DNA of 64,000 bases from Omnitrophica WOR_2 bacterium GWF2_43_52 (GCA_001805445.1 MHGF01000003.1:184429-248428); one strand, 5' to 3'; shown: positions 36,787-46,304, numbered from the stretch's first letter. A program made the numbers and translations. The notes: generated from the letters alone by a model not told the origin.

Positions 36787-36869
36787 AGCGCCTCTTTTTG
36801 AAAGAAAGAGCTCTTGATTAAAAAAAGAGGCGCTGAAACTTAGCAATAAGTGACAGCGCCTTTTTTTTT
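36787..36869. terminator. Bidirectional intrinsic terminator region between convergent genes, with three mutually complementary segments
   Basis: AGCGCCTCTTTTT (36787-36799) pairs with AAAAAGAGGCGCT (36822-36834). That segment can alternatively pair with CAGCGCCT (36854-36861), which is followed by a T9 run. A-tract and T-tract flank the stems on opposite strands. Confidence 0.5.
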
Positions 36870-36879
36870 ATTCTAGTGG

Positions 36880-37332
36880 CTATTCTTTATATAAGATCCC
36901 AAGGCAAGCTCCGAGGAGGATATAGCTTACTAAATCATTTATTATCCAGTAGAAGATTAAGCCTGAAGCCATCGTCGTACTCATGGCTAAGAGTAAGCGT
37001 GAAGGTAAAAAGCCAAGAAGCCAAATAAAGAATCCATAGGTAAGCCCTTTTGCCATTCCTTTTCCCGGAAGAGCCTTAGACAAAAAGCCATAGCCTAACG
37101 TTGTAAGTAGAGCGATAAAAATTTTGAGTATTCCCATTGCCAGCAGCCATGGTGTACGCGCCTTAAGCATAGCCGTGTTACAGATAGCTACAGGCTCCAG
37201 GAAATATACCCATTTAAACAGCCATTGGCAGGTCAACATGCCCCAAAGGTTACTCACCATACCCGTAACCAAGCCTACCACAACAATCTTTTTCCACTTC
37301 ATTTTTGCATCCCCTTTCAATAAAAGTATCAT
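36880..37332 (-). CDS. Small polytopic membrane protein, unknown function
   Basis: 150 aa with four predicted hydrophobic helices. No motif recognised. Confidence 0.35.
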   Translation of the reverse strand: MILLLKGDAKMKWKKIVVVGLVTGMVSNLWGMLTCQWLFKWVYFLEPVAICNTAMLKARTPWLLAMGILKIFIALLTTLGYGFLSKALPGKGMAKGLTYGFFIWLLGFLPSRLLLAMSTTMASGLIFYWIINDLVSYILLGACLGILYKE

Positions 37333-37416
37333 AGCATTACAACACGATTTTGCAATACCTAAATCCTTAGCGCGTATTTTTCACTCCGAAATAAATATCC
37401 ATAACCTTCTCTTTTA

Positions 37417-37425
37417 TGCTATAAT
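37417..37425 (+). promoter_or_regulatory. Extended -10 promoter element TGcTATAAT
   Basis: TGCTATAAT lies about 30 nt upstream of ATG 37458. No good -35 element is present, which is consistent with an extended -10 promoter. Confidence 0.3.
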
Positions 37426-37457
37426 AAGTTAAAAGTTGCCACAGGAAAACTAGAAAA

Positions 37458-38291
37458 ATGCAGAGAATCGCGGAACATATACATCCTGAGGAATTCTCGG
37501 GAATAAATTACCGGGTCGCCCGCACAAGAGAAGAGATAGAGCAGGCCTACGCGCTCGTCTATAAAGAATATCTGAAGAAGGGCTATACTAAGAAAAATAA
37601 TAGCGGATTACGATTTTCCATCTATAACGCCCTGCCCCTGACAACCACTTTTATCGCTGCTACCAACACTAACCATATCGCCGCCACGGCAACGGTTATC
37701 TCCGATTCACCAATAGGCTTGCCTATGGATGAGCTCTATCAGAAGGAATTGTCAACATTCAGAGGCCAAGGCAAAAAACTATGCGAAATTTCAATGCTTG
37801 CCACTGACAATACCCTCCTGCGCCATGAGCCGCTAGCATCGCCTCTTAAGAAACTATTACCCTTATTCATCCTTTTTAAAACACTTCTTGACTATACTCA
37901 AGACATCCTGAAATCGGATATTATGTACATCACTATACATCCTAAGTATAAAACCGCCTTTAATTTGCTGGCATTTAAAGACTTGAGCGGAGTAAAAAGC
38001 TATCAAGAAGTCAATGGCGCCCCCGCGATAGGCCAATATGTAGATTTTCCCACCATGGCCCAGGAGTTACGTAAACCAGGGAAAGAAAAACTCTATGCCA
38101 TATTTATCATTAATAAAACAGACCATTCAAAATTCGAGAATAAGCTTGCTTTTAGCCTTGAGGACTTACGATATTTTTTCTCGGAAAAAAGCGACATCTT
38201 TAAAACCGCGCCCCAGGCGCATAAGGAATATATTGAGCGCTGTTATTCTACAGGAGAGCATTCATTATCTTCTTTACGCGAATTAACGTAA
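37458..38291 (+). CDS. GNAT-fold acyltransferase; resembles exosortase-system-associated N-acyl amino acid synthase-like acyltransferases (paralog A)
   Basis: 277 aa. It shares a conserved core (YRVAR…EEIEQAYALVYKEYLKKGY…SIYNALP…ATATVISDSPIGLPMDELY…CEISMLA) with the paralog at 48093-48935. The size and pattern resemble the autoinducer-synthase/FeeM-like N-acyltransferase fold. Its position next to the exosortase locus supports the call. Confidence 0.35.
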   Translation: MQRIAEHIHPEEFSGINYRVARTREEIEQAYALVYKEYLKKGYTKKNNSGLRFSIYNALPLTTTFIAATNTNHIAATATVISDSPIGLPMDELYQKELSTFRGQGKKLCEISMLATDNTLLRHEPLASPLKKLLPLFILFKTLLDYTQDILKSDIMYITIHPKYKTAFNLLAFKDLSGVKSYQEVNGAPAIGQYVDFPTMAQELRKPGKEKLYAIFIINKTDHSKFENKLAFSLEDLRYFFSEKSDIFKTAPQAHKEYIERCYSTGEHSLSSLRELT

Positions 38292-38402
38292 GAGTTCAGC
38301 TTTTAGAAGCATTCTCTTTATAAGATTGCTTCTCCGCCTTCGGCGGATCGCAATGACACCGATACGAATTAACCGGTAGTCCTTAAAATCTAATTCCAGG
38401 AC

Positions 38403-39953
38403 GTGCTAAAAAACCTTCTCGCAGTATACGCAAGGCACATTAAAGGTTTATCTTGTTCAAGCCGGGTTATCAATTTTTCATTCGCGAAACATAAAGCAAA
38501 ACCCTTCCTTATTCAGCCTGATGAAAACCGCAGCCTAACTTTCCAAGAGCTAGAAACACTGACTGAAAAAGCCGTTTTACTCTTAGCAGAAAAAGGTATC
38601 GGGGAAGCAGAGGTAGCGGCGTTTAGCGCTTCTAACTGTATAGACTACTTTATAATCAGAGCGGCCTGCCATATACGCGGAGTTATCTTCTTCGGGTTAC
38701 CACCGACCCTTACCCAAGAGCAAACTATCCATTTCCTGACTGTCTCAAAGGCAAAAATTTTCTTTTATCAGAACCGCGATGACGCGGCAATTGAGGAAAT
38801 AAAGGCAAAGGCTCAAGTAAAATACCTCGTGGAACTTAACACTGGCTTTCATAGCACAACCACAGACGAGGCTAAGCCTCGTAAAACGAGGCTAAGCCTC
38901 GTAACCGACGGCAATCAATGCGCTACGTTTAATCTCAGTTCCGCCACAACAAGCAAAACCCCAAAGATAATCCGGCTCTCGGATACTAACTGGATAGAAA
39001 GCCTCTATGGCTATATACGTAATGCCACACTAAAAACCGCTCAACGCAATGTTTTTTTCTGCAGTGTGCCTCTTTTGACCGCTGGCTCTACCACATTCCT
39101 GCCTTGCCTTCTATCAGGCTTTAGCTGCCTGGTAGTAAAAGAAACTATTGCCATAGAGCATGTGGTTAGCTATAGTATACAGTATAACGTTACCCGGCTC
39201 TATATTACGCCCAGCAGGCTCTTAGAATTATTAGAGTGGTGTAAAATACATAACCAGCATTTTAGCGCGTTAGAGAGTATCGTTACCGGAACCGAGAGGA
39301 TTCCCACGCTGCGGCTCAAAGAGGCAATCGACTACTTCGGGCCAATTATCAGCGTTGGCTACGGAATGGCGGAGGCGCTTCCTCCGATTTCGTTACTCTC
39401 ACCTGGCGTCTATCATAAATTAGGTAGTGTGGGGAAAATCGCCAAAGGGGTAAAGATTAAAATTACCGACGAGGGAAGAATCGCCATTAAAAGCAAGACG
39501 GTAAGCATGGGGTACTTGGATAATCCGACTGAAACCTCCCAGCATTTTAAAGACGGCTGGTTTTACAGCGATGATTACGGGTATATAGATAAAGATAAAT
39601 ATCTTTATATCTTCGGCAGGAAAGAGGAGATTTTAACTGAGAGCCCGCGCCGTATTTTTGCCAAGGAAGCAGAAGACAAGCTCTACACCCTTGCCTTTAT
39701 TAACCGATGCGCTGTCTTAAGTAGAAACGCTCAGATGTATATTTTCGCATCCCTACGCGAAGCCATAGGAAACGATCAAGCAAAAAATGCGATCCAGAAA
39801 ATTTTCGATGAAAACTTCAAAAACATCCTTGCCCTTAAAAAAATCATCATCAAAGAAGCCTTACCCATCAACGCCTTTGGAAAACTTGATAGGAGAAGGT
39901 TAGAAGAGGAAATAACTATAGCCTGTGCAACTGAAACATTGTTTACATTTTAG
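38403..39953 (+). CDS. Divergent AMP-dependent synthetase/ligase (acyl-activating enzyme)
   Basis: A degenerate A3 motif LSSATTSKTPKII. A8-like motifs …YSDDYGYIDKDKYLYIFGRKEEIL… and GYGMAEA. The CDS contains an in-frame REP B tandem. Confidence 0.45.
   Translation: MLKNLLAVYARHIKGLSCSSRVINFSFAKHKAKPFLIQPDENRSLTFQELETLTEKAVLLLAEKGIGEAEVAAFSASNCIDYFIIRAACHIRGVIFFGLPPTLTQEQTIHFLTVSKAKIFFYQNRDDAAIEEIKAKAQVKYLVELNTGFHSTTTDEAKPRKTRLSLVTDGNQCATFNLSSATTSKTPKIIRLSDTNWIESLYGYIRNATLKTAQRNVFFCSVPLLTAGSTTFLPCLLSGFSCLVVKETIAIEHVVSYSIQYNVTRLYITPSRLLELLEWCKIHNQHFSALESIVTGTERIPTLRLKEAIDYFGPIISVGYGMAEALPPISLLSPGVYHKLGSVGKIAKGVKIKITDEGRIAIKSKTVSMGYLDNPTETSQHFKDGWFYSDDYGYIDKDKYLYIFGRKEEILTESPRRIFAKEAEDKLYTLAFINRCAVLSRNAQMYIFASLREAIGNDQAKNAIQKIFDENFKNILALKKIIIKEALPINAFGKLDRRRLEEEITIACATETLFTF
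38866..38905 (+). repeat. Two tandem REP family B units (ACGAGGCTAAGCCTCGTAA x2) embedded in-frame in the AMP-ligase CDS
   Basis: acgaggctaagcctcgtaaaacgaggctaagcctcgtaac, translated as …DEAKPRKTRLSLVTD…. Confidence 0.55.
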
Positions 39954-39956
39954 ACC

Positions 39957-41177
39957 GGGTACATCGTTTACACTTTTTTAGTTACGAATAATCTTGTTCT
40001 TTCTCAAATCTACGGAACCGAGAACGTAAAAGCTATACTGAAGCTGCCAGAGGCCATCGGCAGTTTCTTTAAGACCGACAGGCTGTTTTGCGAGTAATCC
40101 TGTAACATAAAACATCCGGCCCTTGAATTTAATCTCTCCGCTGTGTTTGACGTGGCGAACCGTGTACTCGTAACCATATTCCGGAGAATGCGGATGTTCC
40201 ACATAAGGCCGATTTGACTTTTTATAGAATTCATTCGGCGTTTGATCATTAAGCGATTCATGCGGACGCTCGTTGTTGTAATCTAGACGAAAAATATCAA
40301 AACGCTCTTGTTGTTCCTTGAAATTCCTGGCAATCTGATCTAGGGCATCGCTTTTTAGCGTTCGGTGCATACACTCATGCCGTCCGTTCTCTTGGGGGCA
40401 GCCTTTTTCAATCCGTTCTGGGATGATCCCTAATTGAATAAACCAGATAGATAAACGACTAAGTCCTCCAACGCCTTTACCGACGAATGGTGTACCATTA
40501 TCGCTGCGAATGGCGTCAGGCAACCCGTATTTCCGAAACGTTTCAATTAAGACTTCTTTCGTCGGAGCGTAACGTGGGCCTTCTAGCGCTTTACAACCTA
40601 AGAGAAATCGGCTTAAGTTATCGCTGATCGTCAACGGGTAACACACATGACCGTTTTTCATATAAAATTGGCCCTTATAATCAATGCTCCAGACATCGTT
40701 GGGAGCTTTACATTCACAAAAAGGCTGCGTATAGGGCGGTACACGTAAACGTTTCTTTCGTTTTTCAACGAGGCCTTCTTTCTTGAGCCAATACGCTATG
40801 GTGCTGACTGCGGGTAGCTCAAGATTCGAATATTGACGCTTTAACTGAGCTCGTATCTTTCGGGGCCCGCGTTTACGATTCTTAAGCTTTTCTTGAATTA
40901 CAAGATTGATAACTTTTTCCGGCGTCTTATGAGGGCAAGTTTTTGGCGCACGGCTTTGTTCTTTGAGCCCTTCGATTCCACGCTGTTCGTACCGCTCAAT
41001 CAATTTATAAACTGTTGGGCGGCTGATTCCGTATTTTTGAGAAAGATCGGTTAAGCTAAGATTTTTTGATTGCCAATCGGCAATAAGCTGAATCTTTTGA
41101 TCCATAGCACTTATTATTTTCCACGGCATGGCATGTTACCTCCTTGCCGTATAGTATAATATGTAAACTATGTACCC
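39957..41177 (-). mobile_element. IS481-family insertion sequence (about 1.22 kb) with 16-bp terminal inverted repeats
   Basis: Left end GGGTACATCGTTTACA (39957-39972) versus the reverse complement of the right end TGTAAACTATGTACCC (41162-41177), matching at 15 of 16 positions. A single DDE transposase gene lies inside. Confidence 0.65.
39978..41129 (-). CDS. IS481-family DDE transposase (HTH + rve integrase core)
   Basis: The N-terminal HTH (…LSQKYGISRPTVYKLIERY…) and an integrase catalytic core with conserved D, D, E spacing (…WSIDYKGQF…SDNGTPF…NGRHECMHRTLK…). An AGGAGG RBS precedes the start. Confidence 0.75.
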   Translation of the reverse strand: MPWKIISAMDQKIQLIADWQSKNLSLTDLSQKYGISRPTVYKLIERYEQRGIEGLKEQSRAPKTCPHKTPEKVINLVIQEKLKNRKRGPRKIRAQLKRQYSNLELPAVSTIAYWLKKEGLVEKRKKRLRVPPYTQPFCECKAPNDVWSIDYKGQFYMKNGHVCYPLTISDNLSRFLLGCKALEGPRYAPTKEVLIETFRKYGLPDAIRSDNGTPFVGKGVGGLSRLSIWFIQLGIIPERIEKGCPQENGRHECMHRTLKSDALDQIARNFKEQQERFDIFRLDYNNERPHESLNDQTPNEFYKKSNRPYVEHPHSPEYGYEYTVRHVKHSGEIKFKGRMFYVTGLLAKQPVGLKETADGLWQLQYSFYVLGSVDLRKNKIIRN

Positions 41178-41223
41178 AGTCTATTTTGTAAACTATGTTA
41201 CCAGTTTGTACCGCCCCCACATT

Positions 41224-41246
41224 CCCTCTCCCCGAAGGGGAGAGGG
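41224..41246. repeat. Family C hairpin CCCTCTCCCC-gaag-GGGGAGAGGG
   Basis: A perfect 10-bp inverted repeat directly upstream of the DUF559 gene. A partner hairpin sits at 41634-41654, directly downstream. Confidence 0.5.
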
Positions 41247-41264
41247 CGAGGGTGAGGGAACATA

Positions 41265-41633
41265 ATGAAACGAAATAGCATAGCAATAGCCAAAAAGCTC
41301 AGGAAGAATCAGACAGATGCTGAAGGTAAACTTTGGGCCATATTACGTAATCGTCAGCTATCCGGAGTAAAATTTAGAAGGCAATTTCCTATTGGCAGCT
41401 ATATTTTAGATTTTTACTCTCCAGAGTATAAACTTGGTATTGAAGCTGATGGTGGACAGCATTATGTAGATAAAGGCAAAGGACAGGACGAACAGAGAAC
41501 TAGAGAATTGAGTGTCTATGGGATAAAGATAGTAAGATTTAATGATTTAGATGTATTGAATAATATTGAGGGAGTTTATGAAATTATTCAGGAAAGTATA
41601 GAAAGCAAGAGGAAACAATTCCCCTCACCTTAA
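41265..41633 (+). CDS. DUF559-family endonuclease-domain protein (Vsr/restriction-endonuclease-like fold)
   Basis: …EGKLWAILRNRQLSGVKFRRQFPIGSYILDFYSPEYKLGIEADGGQHY…RTRELSVYGIKIVRFNDLDV… matches the DUF559 consensus. The gene is bracketed by family C hairpins. Confidence 0.6.
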   Translation: MKRNSIAIAKKLRKNQTDAEGKLWAILRNRQLSGVKFRRQFPIGSYILDFYSPEYKLGIEADGGQHYVDKGKGQDEQRTRELSVYGIKIVRFNDLDVLNNIEGVYEIIQESIESKRKQFPSP

Positions 41634-41654
41634 TCCTCTCCCCAAAGGGGAGAG
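41634..41654. repeat. Family C hairpin CCTCTCCCC-aaa-GGGGAGAGG
   Basis: The inverted repeat overlaps the stop codon of the DUF559 gene. Confidence 0.5.
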
Positions 41655-41658
41655 GATC

Positions 41659-43530
41659 ATGATGAAAGGGAAAAATTTTATGGCGCAGATAACCCTTTGG
41701 AATTCTATAGCAAAAAGAAGGCGCTCCTTGAGCGACACCTTTTACGATAATGGCCTGGCTACCTTAAAGGGATACCTGGAAGATAGAAACCATACGGTAG
41801 AGGTTATTGACTGGGCACGGGACGATTTCTTTACTATGCTTACCGTGCCTTTTTTAGCGCGCTGGATCAGAAATATTTACTCATCAATGGCTCGTTCAAA
41901 AAGCAAGCTCGCCGGGCGCTGTTTAGGCTTTATCTCCGTTTACCTGCAAGAAATACACGCCATTATCCAGGAAGTCAGATTTAAAAAACAGGCACGGCAC
42001 TTGGCCTATGAATTAAAGAATGACAACGCGCGTATTTTCGGGGTAAAACTCTGGTATGGAGAAGCCTTTAAGAACGCCAAAGAGCTTATTACTTTAATAA
42101 ATAAAATCGCCCCTGAAATTATCACTATCGCCGGGGGTTATCATGTTACTCTTTACGAAGAACACCTCTTAGAAAACAGCACTTTTGATTTAGGGGTAGT
42201 CTGTGAAGGAGAATTCGCCTTAGAGAAGATATTAGCTATCATTGACCAAAATAAAGAAAACTGGAATAAACATAATGTTTTAAGCACGATCATCGACGCG
42301 GCTGAAAAAGGAGAGATAGAAAATCTTATTTATCGTAAAAACGGAAAAATACACAAGACCAAACGCCGGCATATTGCCGGCCACAGCTTAAAAAGTATCC
42401 CGCGATATACGATGAATGAAAATAAGGTGCGTATCCATGTAATGGTTGAATCTTTAGGCTGTGATTGGGGCAAGTGCCATTTTTGCGTGCATCCGCATTT
42501 TTACAGCAGTTATTCCTTGAGGAGCCCTGATGAAGTAGTCAATGAAATAGAAGAGATGCTTAAAATCGGTATCGGCGTTTTTCGTTTTGCCGGCTCTGAC
42601 ACACCTCCGCATTTTGGGGCGCGGATTGCCCAAAAGATCAAAGAGAGGCGCTTAAAGGTTGTTTTTGGCATAGGTTCACGGGCGATAAAAGGAGCGCAAA
42701 AACAATATGAACATCTGGTAACTTCTTATACCACGCTTATTGAGAATGGTTTGCGCGCGGTATTTATGGGAGGAGAAACAGGGAATGATATCATTAACGA
42801 AGAAGTCATGAACAAAGGCGTCTTTTTTGATGATATTGTTACCACTATAAAAGCGCTCAGGGAAGCGGAAAAGAGAGCAGGGGCAAAGGTATTTTTAAGT
42901 TTAGCCTTCATTTATCCGGCTCCCCTTTTAGGAAAAGTAACCCTTGCGCAGGTAAAAGAAGATAATCTACGGCTTTTAAAGGAAACAATGCCGGATAGCG
43001 TCATGATTACACCCCCGGGGCCGTTCTTACATACCAAGTGGTATGACGAAAAAGATAAATTCGGCTTCAAGGTTGACGAACACATCATCAGACAGGCAAT
43101 GGAATACGAGTATGTCCTATATAAGCCACCTCATCTATGGCCAAATTTAGGAATATCTCTTGAAGGAAAACCTTTCAAAAAACTGCTGGCTGAATGCAAT
43201 GAATTCAGAAACATTGTAGAGAAGGAATTGCATATCCCCACCGATCTTTCCGACGAACATTTTTTGATGTTTTACGCCGCGGGGATCAGGGAAAAAGCGG
43301 AAGTATCGAAGGCCAAAGAAGAAACTATGCTGGATATTGTTTCCTGTGATTACAGCCTGACGAAAAATATTTCCATGAAGGTAAATGAATTTAGCCTCAA
43401 TGTAAGCCGAGAAAACATTACCATTTTACCCCTCACCCCACCCTCTCCCCAGCGGGGAGAGGAAAAGAGAGAGGACTCACCCCAGCCTCTCCCTAGGGGG
43501 AGAGGGAAAGGGTTAGGGGGGATAATTTAG
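41659..43530 (+). CDS. B12-binding-domain radical SAM enzyme (class B-like); the 3' end runs into family C repeats
   Basis: N-terminal Rossmann-like B12-binding region (…ITIAGGYHVTLYEEHL…). A radical SAM core with the Cys cluster CDWGKCHFC and GIGVFRFAGSD. The last ~30 codons (…PLTPPSPQRGEEKRE…PRGRGKG…) are translated hairpin repeats (43442-43504), so the true C-terminus is uncertain. Confidence 0.5.
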   Translation: MMKGKNFMAQITLWNSIAKRRRSLSDTFYDNGLATLKGYLEDRNHTVEVIDWARDDFFTMLTVPFLARWIRNIYSSMARSKSKLAGRCLGFISVYLQEIHAIIQEVRFKKQARHLAYELKNDNARIFGVKLWYGEAFKNAKELITLINKIAPEIITIAGGYHVTLYEEHLLENSTFDLGVVCEGEFALEKILAIIDQNKENWNKHNVLSTIIDAAEKGEIENLIYRKNGKIHKTKRRHIAGHSLKSIPRYTMNENKVRIHVMVESLGCDWGKCHFCVHPHFYSSYSLRSPDEVVNEIEEMLKIGIGVFRFAGSDTPPHFGARIAQKIKERRLKVVFGIGSRAIKGAQKQYEHLVTSYTTLIENGLRAVFMGGETGNDIINEEVMNKGVFFDDIVTTIKALREAEKRAGAKVFLSLAFIYPAPLLGKVTLAQVKEDNLRLLKETMPDSVMITPPGPFLHTKWYDEKDKFGFKVDEHIIRQAMEYEYVLYKPPHLWPNLGISLEGKPFKKLLAECNEFRNIVEKELHIPTDLSDEHFLMFYAAGIREKAEVSKAKEETMLDIVSCDYSLTKNISMKVNEFSLNVSRENITILPLTPPSPQRGEEKREDSPQPLPRGRGKGLGGII

Positions 43531-43537
43531 AAACACT

Positions 43538-44209
43538 ATGAGCATTGTCAAATTAGAAAAAATCTGTAAGAATTACACCTTAGGAAAAACAACCTTGAAC
43601 GCGCTCAAGAATATAGACTTAAACGTGGAACAAGGTGAATTCATTGCCCTTGCCGGGCCATCAGGCAGCGGGAAGACTACCGCCTTAAATATTATCGGCT
43701 GTATTGATAAACCAAGTTCAGGAAAGGTGTTTATCGATGAGTGTGAAATATCCTATCTCTCAAGCGACGGACTCGCGGATATTCGCGCCGGGAAAATAGG
43801 GTTTATCTTTCAAAATTTTAATCTCTTGCCAGTATTAAATGCCCTGGAAAATGTGGAATACCCGCTTTTACATAAAAAGATGGCTTTTCATAAAAAGAGA
43901 AAACTGGCGCAAGAGGCGCTGGAGAGCGTCGGCTTGGGGAAGTACGCCCGACACCGCCCGATGGAATTAAGCGGCGGACAGCAGCAAAGGGTCGCGATAG
44001 CGCGGGCGCTTAGCACTAGCCCGCTTATGATTTTAGCGGATGAGCCGACCGCGAACCTCGACCATGTAACAGGAACGGAAATCCTGACGCTTATGAAAAA
44101 AATGAACCTTGAGCGTAAAACCACCTTTATTTTCTCAACCCATGACCAAAAGGTCATGGAAATAGCCGATAAAGTGGTAAGGCTTTGGGACGGAGAAATC
44201 AGCTCATGA
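43538..44209 (+). CDS. ABC transporter ATP-binding protein (LolD/MacB/FtsE-type)
   Basis: Walker A GPSGSGKTT, signature LSGGQQQRVAIARAL, Walker B ILADEPT. Confidence 0.8.
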   Translation: MSIVKLEKICKNYTLGKTTLNALKNIDLNVEQGEFIALAGPSGSGKTTALNIIGCIDKPSSGKVFIDECEISYLSSDGLADIRAGKIGFIFQNFNLLPVLNALENVEYPLLHKKMAFHKKRKLAQEALESVGLGKYARHRPMELSGGQQQRVAIARALSTSPLMILADEPTANLDHVTGTEILTLMKKMNLERKTTFIFSTHDQKVMEIADKVVRLWDGEISS

Positions 44210-45471
44210 TTACCTTAACGATTGCTCTCAGGAATATTTTCCGCCATAAGACCAGGTCCCTTATTACCTTATCTACCATTATTTTCGGCTGTACGGCGAT
44301 TATCTTTGCCGGCGGTTTTTTTGAGGATGTTTTCTATAAAATGAGGGAGAGTTATATCCACTCTCATACCGGCCATTTCCAAATTTTTAGAAAAGGCTAT
44401 TGGGAAAAGGGAAACAGCCAGCCTTATAATTATTTGATAGATAATCCTGACGAAATCATCTCTCATCTTCAAGCTATACCGGGGATAAAGTTTATTACCA
44501 GCCGCCTGCAATTCTCAGGGCTTATCTCAACAGGGGAAAATACCGTTTCCTGTATCGGTATGGGTATTGACCCCGGCTATGAAAATCAGGATATTCCCGC
44601 GGGAGCTAATCTGCGGAAGATGTCAGACGCCATGACACTCGAAGGGCCGGTCATTATCCAAGGGAAGGCCTTAACCAAAAATAATCCTTATACCGTGATG
44701 CTGGGCAAGGGTTTGGCCTCAAGCCTCGGGATAACCGCGGGAGACCCGCTTATTATCTTAACCCACACTACCGGCGGCTCAATCAATGCCCTTGATGTAA
44801 CCGCGCAAGGAATCTTTATGACCTCATCAAAAGAATACGACGACCATTTCTTGCGCCTTTCGCTAGTAACCGCGAAGAAATTGCTCCATACGGATTCGGT
44901 GCAATCATTAGTTATCATGCTTGATAAAACCGAAGATACCGCTGGAGTTAAAAAAGCCTTAGCGCGCGTATTCCAAGATAAAAAACTAGACTTAGAATTA
45001 AAATCATGGGATGAAATAAGCGATTTTTACCGCCATACGGTAAACCTTTTTAACCGCCTCTTTCTTATTTTAAAGCTTGTCATCGCGATCATCGTTATCT
45101 TGAGTATCTTTAATACCATGAATATGGCGGTCTTAGAGAGGACAGATGAAATCGGCACAATCATGGCGTTAGGGACTAAAAAACGAGGGGTTTTAAGCCT
45201 CTTTATGCATGAAGGGTTAGGATTAGGAATTATCGGCGGTTCGTTCGGGGTCGCCATAGGTACCGCGCTCACTCACTGTATAGCCCGTATCGGAATCACC
45301 ATGCCGCCTCCGCCGGGAGCAAGCATGCCGTGGGTCTCGGAACCAAGAATCGTTTTGACCACGGTTGTCTTTGCTTTTATGACCTCCATACTTACCGCGC
45401 TGGTTTCTTCGCTGTATCCGGCATATAGCGCTTCACGTTTAGAAATTGCCGATTGCCTGCGGCACAAATAA
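44185..45471 (+). CDS. ABC transporter permease, FtsX/LolC/LolE/MacB-like (4 transmembrane helices with a large periplasmic domain)
   Basis: N-terminal transmembrane helix, then a periplasmic domain of about 230 aa, then three C-terminal transmembrane helices (FtsX-like fold). The gene overlaps the ATPase gene. Confidence 0.7.
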   Translation: MGRRNQLMITLTIALRNIFRHKTRSLITLSTIIFGCTAIIFAGGFFEDVFYKMRESYIHSHTGHFQIFRKGYWEKGNSQPYNYLIDNPDEIISHLQAIPGIKFITSRLQFSGLISTGENTVSCIGMGIDPGYENQDIPAGANLRKMSDAMTLEGPVIIQGKALTKNNPYTVMLGKGLASSLGITAGDPLIILTHTTGGSINALDVTAQGIFMTSSKEYDDHFLRLSLVTAKKLLHTDSVQSLVIMLDKTEDTAGVKKALARVFQDKKLDLELKSWDEISDFYRHTVNLFNRLFLILKLVIAIIVILSIFNTMNMAVLERTDEIGTIMALGTKKRGVLSLFMHEGLGLGIIGGSFGVAIGTALTHCIARIGITMPPPPGASMPWVSEPRIVLTTVVFAFMTSILTALVSSLYPAYSASRLEIADCLRHK

Positions 45472-45485
45472 AAGAAGGAGCGAAA

Positions 45486-45546
45486 ATCAACCTCCGCGGT
45501 TGATTTTTTTCTCCGACGACAAATTTCCGCAACCTCCGCGGTTGAA
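45486..45546. repeat. REP family A variant composite in reverse orientation (ATCAACCTCCGCGGTTGAT - linker - CAACCTCCGCGGTTGAA)
   Basis: The linker is the reverse complement of the AAATTTGTCGTCGG linker seen at 27620 and 30440. Confidence 0.6.
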
Positions 45547-45560
45547 TTGGGTTTGAGGAT

Positions 45561-46304
45561 ATGCTGCGTACATTCATAACAATTACGATTGCCTGGTTTT
45601 TATTACCTGGTTTTCCTGCCTTTGCGCAATTAACCTCAGCTGAAATTGTGGAAAGAATTGATGAGGCGCGAAACCCCCAGATAGATTATACGGTAACGGT
45701 AGAGATTACCACCTATTCCAATAACCAACTCTCAAAATCAGCCACTTACGAAGTGCTCGTTAAAGGGAAAGAGAAGACTGTGGTAAAAACAATTTTACCC
45801 GCGGTAGAAAAGGGGAGAGTCTTACTCATGCTCAATGAAAACCTCTGGGCGTTTCTTCCGGAGGTTTCTAAACCGCTGCGTATCTCATTACAGGAAAGGC
45901 TTATCGGAGAAGTGGCTAACGGCGATGTTGCCCGCGTTAATTTCGCGGGGGATTATACTCCGATAGTATTACGGACAGAAACCTTAAACGATAAAGACTG
46001 TTACGTCTTAGAGCTTACGGCTAAAGATGACTCTGTAACCTATGGGAAGGTAATCGTATGGGCGGAAAAAGAAACCTTATGGCCGCGTAAGGCAGAATTT
46101 TATGCTCTCTCAGGCCGTATGCTAAAAACCTGCGCGTACCAGGAGTATCAGCTGCTCGGCGACAGGATACGGCCCACCCAATTGGTAATGGAGGGGCCTC
46201 TTGCCAAAGGCAAGAAATCAATTATACGCTATAGCGATATCCATATTGAAGAACTGCCGGAGAAATATTTTACCAAAGAGTATATGAAAAAGTTCATGGA
46301 GTAA
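45561..46304 (+). CDS. LolA-like outer-membrane lipoprotein-sorting-fold protein (periplasmic carrier)
   Basis: A signal peptide and a 230-aa beta-rich protein with the pattern of 'outer membrane lipoprotein-sorting protein' families that accompany LolCDE-like ABC systems and DUF1302/DUF1329 proteins. Confidence 0.4.
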   Translation: MLRTFITITIAWFLLPGFPAFAQLTSAEIVERIDEARNPQIDYTVTVEITTYSNNQLSKSATYEVLVKGKEKTVVKTILPAVEKGRVLLMLNENLWAFLPEVSKPLRISLQERLIGEVANGDVARVNFAGDYTPIVLRTETLNDKDCYVLELTAKDDSVTYGKVIVWAEKETLWPRKAEFYALSGRMLKTCAYQEYQLLGDRIRPTQLVMEGPLAKGKKSIIRYSDIHIEELPEKYFTKEYMKKFME

